Assembly (NCBI GenBank): GCA_965262715.1
Contig: OZ253553.1
Coordinates: 224,001 to 288,000, forward strand
Reading direction: 5' to 3'
DNA from: Bdellovibrionales bacterium
Lineage (GTDB): Bacteria; Bdellovibrionota; Bdellovibrionia; Bdellovibrionales; JAUICD01
DNA: 64,000 nt
In this document: positions 30,274 to 40,006 of the stretch, one piece after another
How positions within the stretch are numbered: position 1 is the stretch's first letter
Layout: each line of letters starts with the position of its first letter
Notes under the pieces: model-generated
The model's database searches: none
What the model was told of the DNA's origin: nothing
Seen by the model: the letters and a program-made list of their open reading frames with translations, nothing else
Translations under genes and position numbers: made by a program

Positions 30274-31811
30274 GAACAAAAGATCATAGAGTGCGACTGG
30301 CAAGTCGTAAACAAATACGTCAAATTGAACACCAAATGCAAAATCAACATCCAGATGTTCATCTTATGGACTGTGCAGCTCAAAAAACCACTCAGTTTAT
30401 TGAAAAACATATTATGCCCTACCTTCCAATAGATGCTATTTTGATTTTAGTAGGGCCTGGAAATAATGGAAAAGATGGTATTTGTATAGCAAGCCATCTA
30501 GCTGAAAAAGGATACTCCCATATAAAAATTTGTGTTTTAGGAGAAGGTCAAAATGCTTTTTTAAAAAGAAAGCTTTTGAAGATTCCATCTTATCAGGTTG
30601 AGGTTTTTCTTTTTGAGGATACTGAAGGCTTCTGGCAAAACTTTAACGATGTCAGTTTGATCATTGATGGTCTTTTTGGTGTGGGCTTAAGCAGTAATAT
30701 CACAGATAATTATGCTAAGGTGATAAATTGGGTGAATCAATCATTACTTCCTGTTTTAAGTTTAGATATTCCTTCTGGATTAAATTGCAATACAGGTCGT
30801 GTGATGGGTACTTCTATAGAGGCTCAATGGACAACAACTTATGGGCTTTCCAAACCTGGTTTTTATATTTGGGATGGTCCGCGCACAATAGGAGAACTTC
30901 ACTGTTTAGACATAGGTTTCCTGGATGGAATTACCGGTTCTGTAGCTTCTAATGTGATGCTTTTTGATAAAGTATCTGCTGGCAAGCTTCTGCCAGAAAG
31001 AAGCAATACAAGCCACAAGGCTCAAAATGGACGTACTTGTATTATTGCAGGTAAAAAAGGAATGTGGGGCGCAGGTATTTTAGCAAGTACGGGTTCTCTG
31101 CGAGTTGGTTCTGGTTATGCTACACTGGCTAGCACACAAGATCCTTCGGCAGCTGTTAGTGAAAAACCTGATATTCTAACTGCTCAATTCTTATCGGTAA
31201 AAGAACTTCTCAAACATCCATGTTCTATAGCTGTAGGACCTGGTCTAGGTGCTGATTCTAAGACAGAAGAAATTATTAGAGAACTTTTAAGTTTAAATGT
31301 TAAAAATGTTGTCTTAGATGCAGATGCTTTAAATGCGCTTGCCAAAATGGAAGATAAAAAATTAGATGAAACATGGATTTTAACACCTCACTCAGGAGAG
31401 ATGGCCAGACTTTTAAAATCTTCTGCAGATGAAGTAGACAACGACCGTATTCAAGCTGTTAAAGAGTGTTCTTCTCTTTATGGGTGTCATGTTTTGTTAA
31501 AAGGATATAAGACTCTCTTAGGTTATTATCATAAAAAAGATTTTAGACTAGAAGTGATCAATTCTGGCAATGCTTCACTGGCCACAGCAGGTACAGGGGA
31601 TGTGCTTTGTGGTATGATTGCTGGTTTTATCGCGCAAGGTTTAAATACTCATAATAGTGGAGCATTGGGCAGCTTTCTTCATGGAACAACAGCCGATGTT
31701 TGGGTTAAAAAAGGTAAGGCAAAAAATTCGATGACAGCATCTGATGTGCTTGATCTTATTCCAGAAGCATTTAAACAATTGTTAGATGAAAAACAAACTT
31801 TTGATCAATAA
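30267..31811 (+). CDS. nnr: Bifunctional NAD(P)HX epimerase/dehydratase
   Basis: GPGNNGKDG, DGLFGVG, DIPSG, GPGLG, DADAL, TPHSGEM, ATAGTGDVL. Confidence 0.93.
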   Translation: MLRTKDHRVRLASRKQIRQIEHQMQNQHPDVHLMDCAAQKTTQFIEKHIMPYLPIDAILILVGPGNNGKDGICIASHLAEKGYSHIKICVLGEGQNAFLKRKLLKIPSYQVEVFLFEDTEGFWQNFNDVSLIIDGLFGVGLSSNITDNYAKVINWVNQSLLPVLSLDIPSGLNCNTGRVMGTSIEAQWTTTYGLSKPGFYIWDGPRTIGELHCLDIGFLDGITGSVASNVMLFDKVSAGKLLPERSNTSHKAQNGRTCIIAGKKGMWGAGILASTGSLRVGSGYATLASTQDPSAAVSEKPDILTAQFLSVKELLKHPCSIAVGPGLGADSKTEEIIRELLSLNVKNVVLDADALNALAKMEDKKLDETWILTPHSGEMARLLKSSADEVDNDRIQAVKECSSLYGCHVLLKGYKTLLGYYHKKDFRLEVINSGNASLATAGTGDVLCGMIAGFIAQGLNTHNSGALGSFLHGTTADVWVKKGKAKNSMTASDVLDLIPEAFKQLLDEKQTFDQ

Positions 31812-32292
31812 ACAAATCATATCCATACAAACCCTAGAGTGTCTGCAAAAGTTTGCTATCAAATTGGCAGATCAGCTTTCTATTCCTACAGCTATTTTGT
31901 TATTTGGTGAAATGGGTTGTGGCAAAACGCAGTTCACTCAATTTATTATCTCTGCTTTAAGCTTACTTCACAAATCAAAGTTGAATGAAAATATAAATGT
32001 GACTTCTCCCACATTTACTTTGCACAACTCTTATCATATTGATAATTTTACTGTTGAGCATTTTGATTTGTTTCGATTAAAGAATGAGATAGACATAGAA
32101 AGTATTGGGTTATGGGAAATTGCCCAGCAGAAATCTGCGATATTGATTATAGAGTGGGCAGAACGTTTAAAAGGAGTTTCTCTTATTCCTTCTCATTTAA
32201 AGAAGGAATGGAACATTATAAATATTCATTTCTTTTACAAAGAAGATAAAGATGGTCAAATTTGTCGATATCTTCAGGTTCACTATGAATGA
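31786..32292 (+). CDS. tsaE: tRNA t6A biosynthesis ATPase
   Basis: GEMGCGKT, VTSPTF, HFDLFRL, IEWAE. Confidence 0.95.
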   Translation: MKNKLLINKQIISIQTLECLQKFAIKLADQLSIPTAILLFGEMGCGKTQFTQFIISALSLLHKSKLNENINVTSPTFTLHNSYHIDNFTVEHFDLFRLKNEIDIESIGLWEIAQQKSAILIIEWAERLKGVSLIPSHLKKEWNIINIHFFYKEDKDGQICRYLQVHYE

Positions 32293-32332
32293 AATCTAGA
32301 AGTGGCTTCAAGGAAAAAATCTTTGAAGCAAT

Positions 32333-32429
32333 AATTTGATATTTATGCCAAAAGTTCGTAGTTCTCGGATAATTGCTTTTGCAATTATCCTGCGGAAGAA
32401 CTCGCTTTTTTTGGCATAAACATCAAATT
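32333..32429 (-). repeat. Palindromic element family 2, copy 3 (homologous flanks extend ~32308-32480)
   Basis: Reverse complement matches copy 2, including the upstream linker and downstream AAAGATTTTT tail. Confidence 0.9.
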
Positions 32430-32655
32430 TTAACTTACTGTAAAGATTTAGTGTGACTTGTAAGGAGAGGAGGTGGCAATCAGAAACCTGCTGTACATTT
32501 TTAATTTCAAGACTTATCGTAAAAGGTAAATAGTCTCTTATTTATTGGTTATTTATGTACAAGGCTGTTATGAGCTGAAAATTTAGATGTCAAGATGAAA
32601 GGAGGACGGGTTTATTCTATGAAAAAGTCCTAAAAAGGTGTTTATATCAATTTAT

Positions 32656-32692
32656 CCTTGCAATTTTTCCATAATATGGATAATTTACAAGG
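32656..32692. promoter_or_regulatory. 37-bp inverted repeat directly upstream of an AAA-DUF4143 gene
   Basis: CCTTGCA-N23-TACAAGG; same geometry at 52940-52976. Confidence 0.7.
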
Positions 32693-32695
32693 ATA

Positions 32696-33865
32696 ATGAT
32701 ACCAAGAATTGTAGAATCAGAAATTGAGAGAGGCTTAGATCGTCAAGCGGCAGTGGCTTTAATTGGTCCACGTCAAGTGGGTAAGACCACTTTAGCTTTT
32801 GAAATAGCTCGCAAACACAATGGGTTTTACTTAGATTTAGAGAGTATAGATGACCGTCACCGGTTAACCCAGCCTGTTTTATTTTTTGATAGTATGGAGG
32901 ATAGACTAGTTGTCTTGGACGAAATTCATAGAATGCCAGAATTGTTTCAAGTACTTCGAGGTGTTATTGATAAGAGGAGGCGTAAAAAGAAGGAACTAGG
33001 TCGATTTTTAATTTTAGGTTCTGCGTCTATTGATCTTTTAAATCGTTCTGGAGAAACATTAGCTGGTCGTATAGCTTATGTGGACTTATCTACACTATCA
33101 ATACTTGAAATAGAAAATACCCAAGTTGAGCGTGAAAGATTATGGTTAAGAGGTGGTTTTCCTGACAGTTATTTAGCAAAGAATGACAAGGACAGCTTTG
33201 CTCTCAGGAAGGATTTTATTAGAACTTACCTAGAAAGAGATGTAGCTTTATTTGGACCTCGTATTCCTTCTACAACTTTAGAGAGATTATGGATGATGTT
33301 AGCTCATCATCAAGGTCAGATTTTAAACGCTTCAAGATTAGCCAAAGCTTTAGAAGTTAGTACACAGTCGGTCAATCGCTATATAGATTTATTATCTGAT
33401 CTTTTGTTAATAAGACGTCTACCTTCTTATCGGGCAAATGTGAAGAAAAGGTTGGTTAAATCACCAAAAGTTTATATAAGAGATAGTGGATTGGTACATG
33501 CTCTTCTTGGACTTCAAACCTTTGAACAACTCTCTGGACATCCTATTATTGGTTTTAGTTGGGAAGGTTTTGTTTTAGAGATATTGTTGTCTGTGTTACC
33601 ATATCCTGCCTCAGCTTTTTTTTATAGAACAGCAGCTGGAGCAGAGATAGATATGGTTATTGATCGTGGAAGTGGTAATTTATGGGCCATTGAAATTAAA
33701 AGAAGTCTTTCTGGTCATGTTGAAAGAGGATTTTATCAGGCTTGTGCAGACCTGGATCCAGAAAGGGCTTTTGTTGTTTATGCTGGTGAGGATTCCTATC
33801 CTGTTTCTGATAATGTTCAAGCTATCAGTATATATGAAATGGCAAAACTAATACAGAAGCTTTGA
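32696..33865 (+). CDS. AAA_14 ATPase with DUF4143 and PD-(D/E)xK-like C-terminus
   Basis: GPRQVGKTT, LDEIH, LGSAS, ETLAGR, RGGFP, KRLVKSPKVY.RDSG, EID…IEIK. Confidence 0.92.
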   Translation: MIPRIVESEIERGLDRQAAVALIGPRQVGKTTLAFEIARKHNGFYLDLESIDDRHRLTQPVLFFDSMEDRLVVLDEIHRMPELFQVLRGVIDKRRRKKKELGRFLILGSASIDLLNRSGETLAGRIAYVDLSTLSILEIENTQVERERLWLRGGFPDSYLAKNDKDSFALRKDFIRTYLERDVALFGPRIPSTTLERLWMMLAHHQGQILNASRLAKALEVSTQSVNRYIDLLSDLLLIRRLPSYRANVKKRLVKSPKVYIRDSGLVHALLGLQTFEQLSGHPIIGFSWEGFVLEILLSVLPYPASAFFYRTAAGAEIDMVIDRGSGNLWAIEIKRSLSGHVERGFYQACADLDPERAFVVYAGEDSYPVSDNVQAISIYEMAKLIQKL

Positions 33866-33893
33866 TTTGATGTTTTAAGCCAATCCTTGAACA

Positions 33894-33968
33894 AGCTGAC
33901 TACCCAAAAGTGGTCAGAGGCTCGCCTCGAGAGGCTCGCCTCGAGAGGCCAGTTTATTTTTAGTGAAC
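33894..33968 (-). repeat. Palindromic element family 1, copy F (half element, two 14-bp units)
   Basis: Reverse complement GTTCACTAAAAATAAACTGG(CCTCTCGAGGCGAG)2CCTCTGACCACTTTTGGGTAGTCAGCT. Confidence 0.85.
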
Positions 33969-35071
33969 TAGGCAGCTTTATTGAATTTACTACGAGGAAA
34001 CGGAATACGATTTGATTCGATTTCTTCCATATAAGTTGGCAAAATCCCTGTAGGTTCTATTTGTCCTTTTAACTGGCCATCAGCTGCTTTTGTCAGTTTT
34101 TTAATTTCATAGATAGTTCTAAGGTTGTAGAAGCCTTTATGATCATAGTTGATCACTTCAGCTATACTTTGAATGCGACGTCTGCCATCAGAAAAACGAG
34201 ATATTTGCACAATAAGATCAATAGCTGATCCGATTTGTTGATTTAATGCTTTTTCACTAATTTTAGCATCACCTCCCATGGCCAGAGCTTCTAGTCGTAC
34301 CAGCGAGTCTTCAGGGGAGTTAGAATGAATAGTTCCAAAACATCCTTTATGTCCTGTATTCATTGCGCTGATAAGCTCTAGAGCTTCTGCGCCTCTGACT
34401 TCTCCTACGATGATACGATCGGGTCTTAGTCTCAGGCTACTTTTAAGGAGGTTTCTGATAGTCACTTCTCCGTTACCTTGTTCGTCTGCCATTTTTGTTT
34501 CAAAAAAGACCACATGTTCATATTCGATAGAGAGTTCAGAAGCATCTTCAATCACAATAATTCTTTGTCCTTTAGGGATACGTCCTGCCAGAAGTCCAAG
34601 AAGAGTGGTTTTACCTGATCCTGTACCTCCACTGATGAGGCAGTTCTTACCTAAAAAGACAGAAAGATCGAGAAACTGAGCTGCATCTGGTGTAATGGTT
34701 TGAAAACGAATATAGTCTTTTAAGGTCATTTGCACTTTGGAAGTCTTTCGAATGGCGATTGTTGTGCCGTTTCTTGCACAGGGAGGGATAACTGCATGGA
34801 TACGATAGTTTCTAGGAGGGGGCAATCTAGCATCTAATGTAGGATTTTCATGGTCAATCACCCGACCCACACTTTGCGCTATGTTATTGATAGCAGCTAT
34901 GAGATTATCTTCATTTATAAACTGATTAGGGACCTTATGAATTTTTCCTTTACTTTCTACAAATATCTCTTTTGGGCCATTGATCATCACCTCAGATATA
35001 CTTTCATCTGCTAAGAGATCGGCAATAGGTTCTAAAAAATTATCTATGGAACTGCTAAAAACATCACTCAT
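33968..35071 (-). CDS. cpaF: CpaF/TadA-family pilus assembly ATPase
   Basis: EVMING, DARLP, IRK, SGGTGSGKTT, IEDASEL, LRLRPDRIIVGEVRG, AMNTGH. Confidence 0.92.
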   Translation of the reverse strand: MSDVFSSSIDNFLEPIADLLADESISEVMINGPKEIFVESKGKIHKVPNQFINEDNLIAAINNIAQSVGRVIDHENPTLDARLPPPRNYRIHAVIPPCARNGTTIAIRKTSKVQMTLKDYIRFQTITPDAAQFLDLSVFLGKNCLISGGTGSGKTTLLGLLAGRIPKGQRIIVIEDASELSIEYEHVVFFETKMADEQGNGEVTIRNLLKSSLRLRPDRIIVGEVRGAEALELISAMNTGHKGCFGTIHSNSPEDSLVRLEALAMGGDAKISEKALNQQIGSAIDLIVQISRFSDGRRRIQSIAEVINYDHKGFYNLRTIYEIKKLTKAADGQLKGQIEPTGILPTYMEEIESNRIPFPRSKFNKAA

Positions 35072-35220
35072 ATTAGCCTTTTTTGTTTTTTCAATTGAAT
35101 TGACGTGTTATATAGTCTATATCGACATTTATAGCTGGTAATTTAAATAATGAAGAACACTTGTTAAAAAATTTTAATAAGTTCTTCTTTTTTTCAGATT
35201 TTGTTTGGAGATAAAAAGAT

Positions 35221-35766
35221 ATGCAGTTACCTAAAAGTGAATCTTTGTTATTGTATGAGACATCTTCTATACCTCAAGGATACTTGTCTGTAAGTGGGTT
35301 ACTTGAAAAGTTTGATATTCATATACTAGAGGCAAGCCCTATTGCTCCTGGAAAACTTATAGTTTTGGCAAATCCACTTTTAGAGGATTTAGAAAAGGCC
35401 TTTAGCTTTATACAAACATCATTTGAAGGTGAACTCATTGAAATTGTTTCTATCGAAAAAGTGCAAAAAGAGGTTCTCTTTGCCTTTTATGCCCTCAATC
35501 AAACGGCTCTACAAGAAATGTTATTAGTGATAGAAGTATCTTCTTCTGTATCTGCTATAGATATAACAAATACTCTTAATAAAGAGGGTTTACTTGCTCC
35601 TATTGAAATTAGGTCTTCTCGGGGTTTAGGAAATAAGTCTCTTGTTTACGCTACTTTTCAGAAAAAGTGTCAGGAGCAAATACAGCAAATTTTAAGGCAG
35701 AAAAGGCAAGTATTAGATTTCACATTTTTTTCTACTAGTCATTCCTACTGGGATGGCCTATTTTAA
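35221..35766 (+). CDS. Divergent tandem BMC-domain (PduT-like) protein
   Basis: ETSSIPQG, PIAPGKLIVL, IEVSS..SAI, RGLGNKS align with PduT ELTSIAKG, TICPGKFLLM, VETWS..ACI, FGIGGKC; similar length. Confidence 0.65.
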   Translation: MQLPKSESLLLYETSSIPQGYLSVSGLLEKFDIHILEASPIAPGKLIVLANPLLEDLEKAFSFIQTSFEGELIEIVSIEKVQKEVLFAFYALNQTALQEMLLVIEVSSSVSAIDITNTLNKEGLLAPIEIRSSRGLGNKSLVYATFQKKCQEQIQQILRQKRQVLDFTFFSTSHSYWDGLF

Positions 35767-35897
35767 TTGAGGTAAATATATTGTTATGTGCAGGGTGAGA
35801 TAATAAATAAGTTGCACTTGCTATTTGAACTTATGAGATTAAAAGAAATGCAAATCAAAAAGAAACATTTATTCAATAAGTCTCTTTTAAGGAGATA

Positions 35898-36030
35898 CTA
35901 GGCACAAACTTTATGAATAAGTTTAGAAATATTTTCAAGCGTTGGATTACCTTCTTCTGAAAGCATTCTAAAAAAAGTTCTTTTGGAAACTCCTATTTCC
36001 TTTGCTAATTCCTTTTTCTTAAGAGTACTT
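35898..36030 (-). pseudogene. Remnant of an XRE-type HTH addiction-module antidote gene
   Basis: Reads STLKKKELAKEIGVSKRTFFRMLSEEGNPTLENISKLIHKVCA* with an in-frame stop and no start upstream. Confidence 0.7.
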
Positions 36031-36104
36031 CAAGCTTTGATGGAGCTCTAGCCATCGAGCTTACTGTGTAAACAATGGTTATTTACAATAAAGAGAAAGT
36101 AGTT

Positions 36105-36932
36105 CTATTTTAATTCTAGAGATTGTTTTTGCAAATCATCTGGATACACTACGTCTTTGAGATAAAGTCCTAAGGCAGGTGCTGTGCTATAGGCTTTTCT
36201 TCTATCTTTAGCTTCTATGATTTGGCGCAGATGGTTAATGTCCATTTTTTTAAATTCCATCCATAGGAATGTTCCTAGGATATTTCGCACCATTTGCTTA
36301 AGAAAACCATCTGCTTCAATCTGAAATTCTACAAAACATCTTTTGTCATACTTCATATAAGTACGCCAATTTCCAAAAGACCAATTTGCAGAAAAGATAG
36401 CACAATGGGTATCTTGAATATCTGATCCTGAATTTTGAAAACTTTTAAAATCTTTTTGTCCTAAAAGTAAACTAGCAAGCTGATTAAGGTAGTCTAAGTC
36501 TAGAGGGCGAGAGACCCAGTAAGCATAATTGGTTATAAAAGGGTTTGAATGTGGAGCATTAAAAATACGATAGACATATACTTTTTTAAGGGCACTTTTT
36601 CTTGCATGAAAATTGTCTGGAACGATATAAGCTTTTTTGATGAGAATATCACTGGGAAGTTGAGAACTTAAAGCTTTGACTACGTGAAGTGTTTTTGAAG
36701 TAATTCTGTCGATAAGAGGAGTGTCAATAAGATCAAAATGGGCGATTTGATTTTCTGCATGTACTCCTGTATCTGTACGCCCTGATCCATGTAGGACAAT
36801 CTCTTTTTGAAAAATAACCTTAAGCACTTTTTGTATTTGCTCTTGAATGGTCATTTGGGTATGAGGTTGAATTTGCCAACCTTGATAACCCTGACCGCTA
36901 TAACAAACATCTATTCGAAGTCTCATAATCAT
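36105..36932 (-). CDS. truA: tRNA pseudouridine(38-40) synthase
   Basis: GWQIQP, GSGRTDTGVHA, FHAR, GFLKQMVR, TAPALGLYL. Confidence 0.96.
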   Translation of the reverse strand: MIMRLRIDVCYSGQGYQGWQIQPHTQMTIQEQIQKVLKVIFQKEIVLHGSGRTDTGVHAENQIAHFDLIDTPLIDRITSKTLHVVKALSSQLPSDILIKKAYIVPDNFHARKSALKKVYVYRIFNAPHSNPFITNYAYWVSRPLDLDYLNQLASLLLGQKDFKSFQNSGSDIQDTHCAIFSANWSFGNWRTYMKYDKRCFVEFQIEADGFLKQMVRNILGTFLWMEFKKMDINHLRQIIEAKDRRKAYSTAPALGLYLKDVVYPDDLQKQSLELK

Positions 36933-37017
36933 CTCACAACTTAAGAGACTTCAATAGCATGATATTTTCATCTGTTACAAGCACTAATTATAAAAAAGAG
37001 CTGTGCAAGGTATCTTA

Positions 37018-37181
37018 TTCAAATGAAAACTGACTATACTCTTTATAATTAAAGCAGGTTCCTGTTATACAGCTTACACCTTCACAATCATTTTTACATT
37101 CTTATTTAAAGATATCACTGTTTTTATACCCTACTGAAAACCGAAAGGATTTATCCCATGAAGACAATCTTCACTACTTTT
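37018..37181. repeat. 164-bp target-site duplication, left copy
   Basis: Identical to 39178-39341 and abuts the IS terminal repeat. Confidence 0.97.
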
Positions 37182-37315
37182 CCTGACTTCAGCGTTTTTG
37201 TTTAAAGAGGAAGTTTTTTTCAAGTTTTTTCATTAAATTTCGTTATTGAGAGCGGGTTTATTTTGATTTGAGGCTGAAACAGCTATTTATTTTTATTTTG
37301 TGTGGCCCTAAGCCC

Positions 37316-37344
37316 TTGACAGATTTTGAGAGTTACTTCATAGT
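37316..37344 (+). promoter_or_regulatory. Sigma-70 promoter of the transposase, probably a leaderless mRNA
   Basis: TTGACA-N17-CATAGT; ATG starts 7 nt after the -10 box, no SD. Confidence 0.6.
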
Positions 37345-37350
37345 TATTTT

Positions 37351-39081
37351 ATGTATATCAAAGAGACTAAAAAAGCCAATGGTAAGATATCCATACGGAT
37401 CATGAAGTCTATCCGTAGAGGTGAGAAAGTGACTCATCATACAGTAAGTAGTCTTGGTTGCTGTTTTGAGAATCAATTGGATTTTTATAAAAAGAATGCA
37501 AAGACCTTATTAGATCGTTTAGAAAAAGAAGAAGCAGAAAAAATGTCAATACTTCTTCCAGGAATGAAAGAATATTGTGACAGCATAGAACCGGTTTCTA
37601 AACAACCAAGGTCAAGAAAAAAGAGTGTTAAAGTTAAAAAGAAAGCATCTTCTCATTTTAAAATCATACTTTCATCAGAAGCAAAAGAGCGATGTCGAGT
37701 GATTAGTGGCATACAGAGTGTTTTTGGAACAATATATAATCAATTAGATTTTAATAATCTTATAAAAGGTAAGAGTCAAAAAACGAAGCAATATAATGAG
37801 TTATTAAAGCTGTGTGTTTTATCTCGGATAGCTCAACCAGAGTCTAAGCGAAAGACAGTAGATACATTAGGATTAGATTATAACAAAGAGATTTCTTTAG
37901 ATCAGGTTTATCGGATGATGGATAAACTTCATACTCGTATACCTGAATTAAAAAAGCAAATTTCAGATCATACATTAAGTCTTTTCAATCAAGAGGTGGA
38001 TGTTTTATTTTTTGATGTAACGACATTATACTTTGAAAGTTTGACAAAAGATGATCTGAAGGACTTTGGATTTAGTAAAGATTGTAAGTTCAAAGAAGTT
38101 CAAGTGGTTTTAGCTTTAATAACAAATTCAGAAGGTCATCCATTAATTTATCAGTTATTTCCTGGAAATACGAGTGAAGGCAGCACTCTTATTCATGTGA
38201 TTCAAGATTTAAAGAAACACTTTAGTGTTAAGAGAGTTATCTTAGTAGCGGATCGAGCTATGTTTACAGATAAGAATTTAAGTTTTATGGAGAAAGAGAA
38301 TATCCAATATATAGTTTCAGCCAAGCTCAAGCAATTTTCAAGAGATAAGAAAGCAGAGATTTTATCAGCTTCTAAGAAAGGTGAAGATGTCAGTATATTC
38401 AATGAATCACAAAGAATGAAAGAGTTAGATCATAATGGTCGCAGATTATTAGTGAGTTATTCTATCATGAGAGCTAAGAAGGATAAAGCAGATAGAGATA
38501 GACTCATTGATCGATTAATGAAGAAAGCAATAGATGATAAGATTTCCACTAAGTCTCTTATTTCTAATTATGGAACTAAGAAGTACATAAAGATAGAAGA
38601 TAGCAAAGCGACTATCAATAGGAATAAGATTAAAGAGGATTCTCACTGGGATGGTCTCTACGGAGTTATAACTAATATTAAAGATCAAAGTATGCAGAGT
38701 TTATTTACTCGCTATAGAGGCCTCTGGAAGATAGAAGAGGCATTTAGAGTGAATAAACATACATTGAGAATGAGACCGATATATCATTGGAAGAAAAGAA
38801 GGATAGAGTCTCATATAGCGATATGTTTTTTAGCCTATGCTTTATCGTATCATATCAAGCACAGACTTAAGACAAAAAATATTAATTTAAGTATTCAAAA
38901 GATTAAAGAGATCTTAAAGAGGGATCAGTATTCAATTATAGAAGACCCAAAGACTCATCAATTATATCAATTAGCATCTTCATCAACAAAAACTTTAGAA
39001 GCTATATACAAGATTTTTGAGCTTAAAAGAAAGACAGGACTTACAAAAATAACAGAAAACCCGCAAACCCTTAATACATAA
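37351..39081 (+). CDS. IS1634-family DDE transposase
   Basis: FFDVTTLYFES, GFSKD, FPGN, VADRAM, YRGLWKIEEAFR..K…RPIYHW..RIESHIAICFLAY. Confidence 0.95.
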   Translation: MYIKETKKANGKISIRIMKSIRRGEKVTHHTVSSLGCCFENQLDFYKKNAKTLLDRLEKEEAEKMSILLPGMKEYCDSIEPVSKQPRSRKKSVKVKKKASSHFKIILSSEAKERCRVISGIQSVFGTIYNQLDFNNLIKGKSQKTKQYNELLKLCVLSRIAQPESKRKTVDTLGLDYNKEISLDQVYRMMDKLHTRIPELKKQISDHTLSLFNQEVDVLFFDVTTLYFESLTKDDLKDFGFSKDCKFKEVQVVLALITNSEGHPLIYQLFPGNTSEGSTLIHVIQDLKKHFSVKRVILVADRAMFTDKNLSFMEKENIQYIVSAKLKQFSRDKKAEILSASKKGEDVSIFNESQRMKELDHNGRRLLVSYSIMRAKKDKADRDRLIDRLMKKAIDDKISTKSLISNYGTKKYIKIEDSKATINRNKIKEDSHWDGLYGVITNIKDQSMQSLFTRYRGLWKIEEAFRVNKHTLRMRPIYHWKKRRIESHIAICFLAYALSYHIKHRLKTKNINLSIQKIKEILKRDQYSIIEDPKTHQLYQLASSSTKTLEAIYKIFELKRKTGLTKITENPQTLNT

Positions 39082-39177
39082 GCCTTTTAAGTAACCTCGA
39101 TGTCAAATGTGTGGCCCCAAGAAAATCGTAAGTGCTTGATTATAAAGAACTTTGCCTTTCAAAATGCTGAAGTCAGG

Positions 39178-39341
39178 TTCAAATGAAAACTGACTATACT
39201 CTTTATAATTAAAGCAGGTTCCTGTTATACAGCTTACACCTTCACAATCATTTTTACATTCTTATTTAAAGATATCACTGTTTTTATACCCTACTGAAAA
39301 CCGAAAGGATTTATCCCATGAAGACAATCTTCACTACTTTT
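39178..39341. repeat. 164-bp target-site duplication, right copy
   Basis: Identical to 37018-37181. Confidence 0.97.
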
Positions 39342-39746
39342 GAGGCGATCGATATGTTTTAGAGGAGTATAGAGTAGGTATAATTATAGAAGGGCATGGT
39401 GATAAAGAGAAGAGGGATACAATAGTCTTAGCTGATATAAGTGTAGAAAAGTTATTTAGAATTAATGGTTTTTCAAATGACACCTTGTTGAGACATGTTC
39501 ACAGATATTTGATGAAATATAGCTATTTCCAGTACAATTTCCATCTGTTTACAGTATTTTCTATTGTATGTTGATGAAGCGTCGTAGCTTTACCACCAGA
39601 AGGGTATTTTCATTCAACATTCAGTAAAAGTCCAAATACAACTTGTGTACAATCAGTCAATTGTTGTATACTTTTTTAACTCTATAAATCTAACAAATCA
39701 ATTATTTCAATAACTTATAACTCTCAAAAATCTCTTATCCATGAAC

Positions 39747-39990
39747 TCAGTCACTACCACCACCATCTTCACCACTAGGAAATTCGCCCGAACAAACCTC
39801 GGAATTTATTGCTTGGCCATCTGCACCCATTACCCCGTGACATATCCACGAACACTCCATCCGACCGGCATTCGGTTCTGAACATTCAGGCGGTGAATGA
39901 GACCCCATAGATTGTTATACCGGTGTCAACAGTGGACATTCATTACGACGCATTACAAATGACTATTCATGGTAGTATAGTAGTGGATGT
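39747..39990 (-). pseudogene. Orphan, decayed Cys-rich module related to the upstream giant protein
   Basis: 39908-39747 reads MGSHSPPECSEPNAGRMECSWICHGVMGADGQAINSEVCSGEFPSGEDGGGSD*; broken VICNAS/RNECP frames upstream; GC elevated as in the big gene. Confidence 0.6.
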
Positions 39991-40006
39991 GATGATGGTA
40001 CTATAT

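Larger units (their letters stand above)
37182..39177 (+). mobile_element. IS1634-family insertion sequence (1996 bp)
   Basis: Terminal IRs CCTGACTTCAGCGTTTT / AAAATGCTGAAGTCAGG, single transposase ORF, flanking direct repeats. Confidence 0.95.

Noticed and set aside
39270..39575. Stop-interrupted plus-strand frame (…HYF*GDRYVLEEYRVG…) at the IS target
   Set aside because: May be a decayed gene, but the similarity is too weak to name
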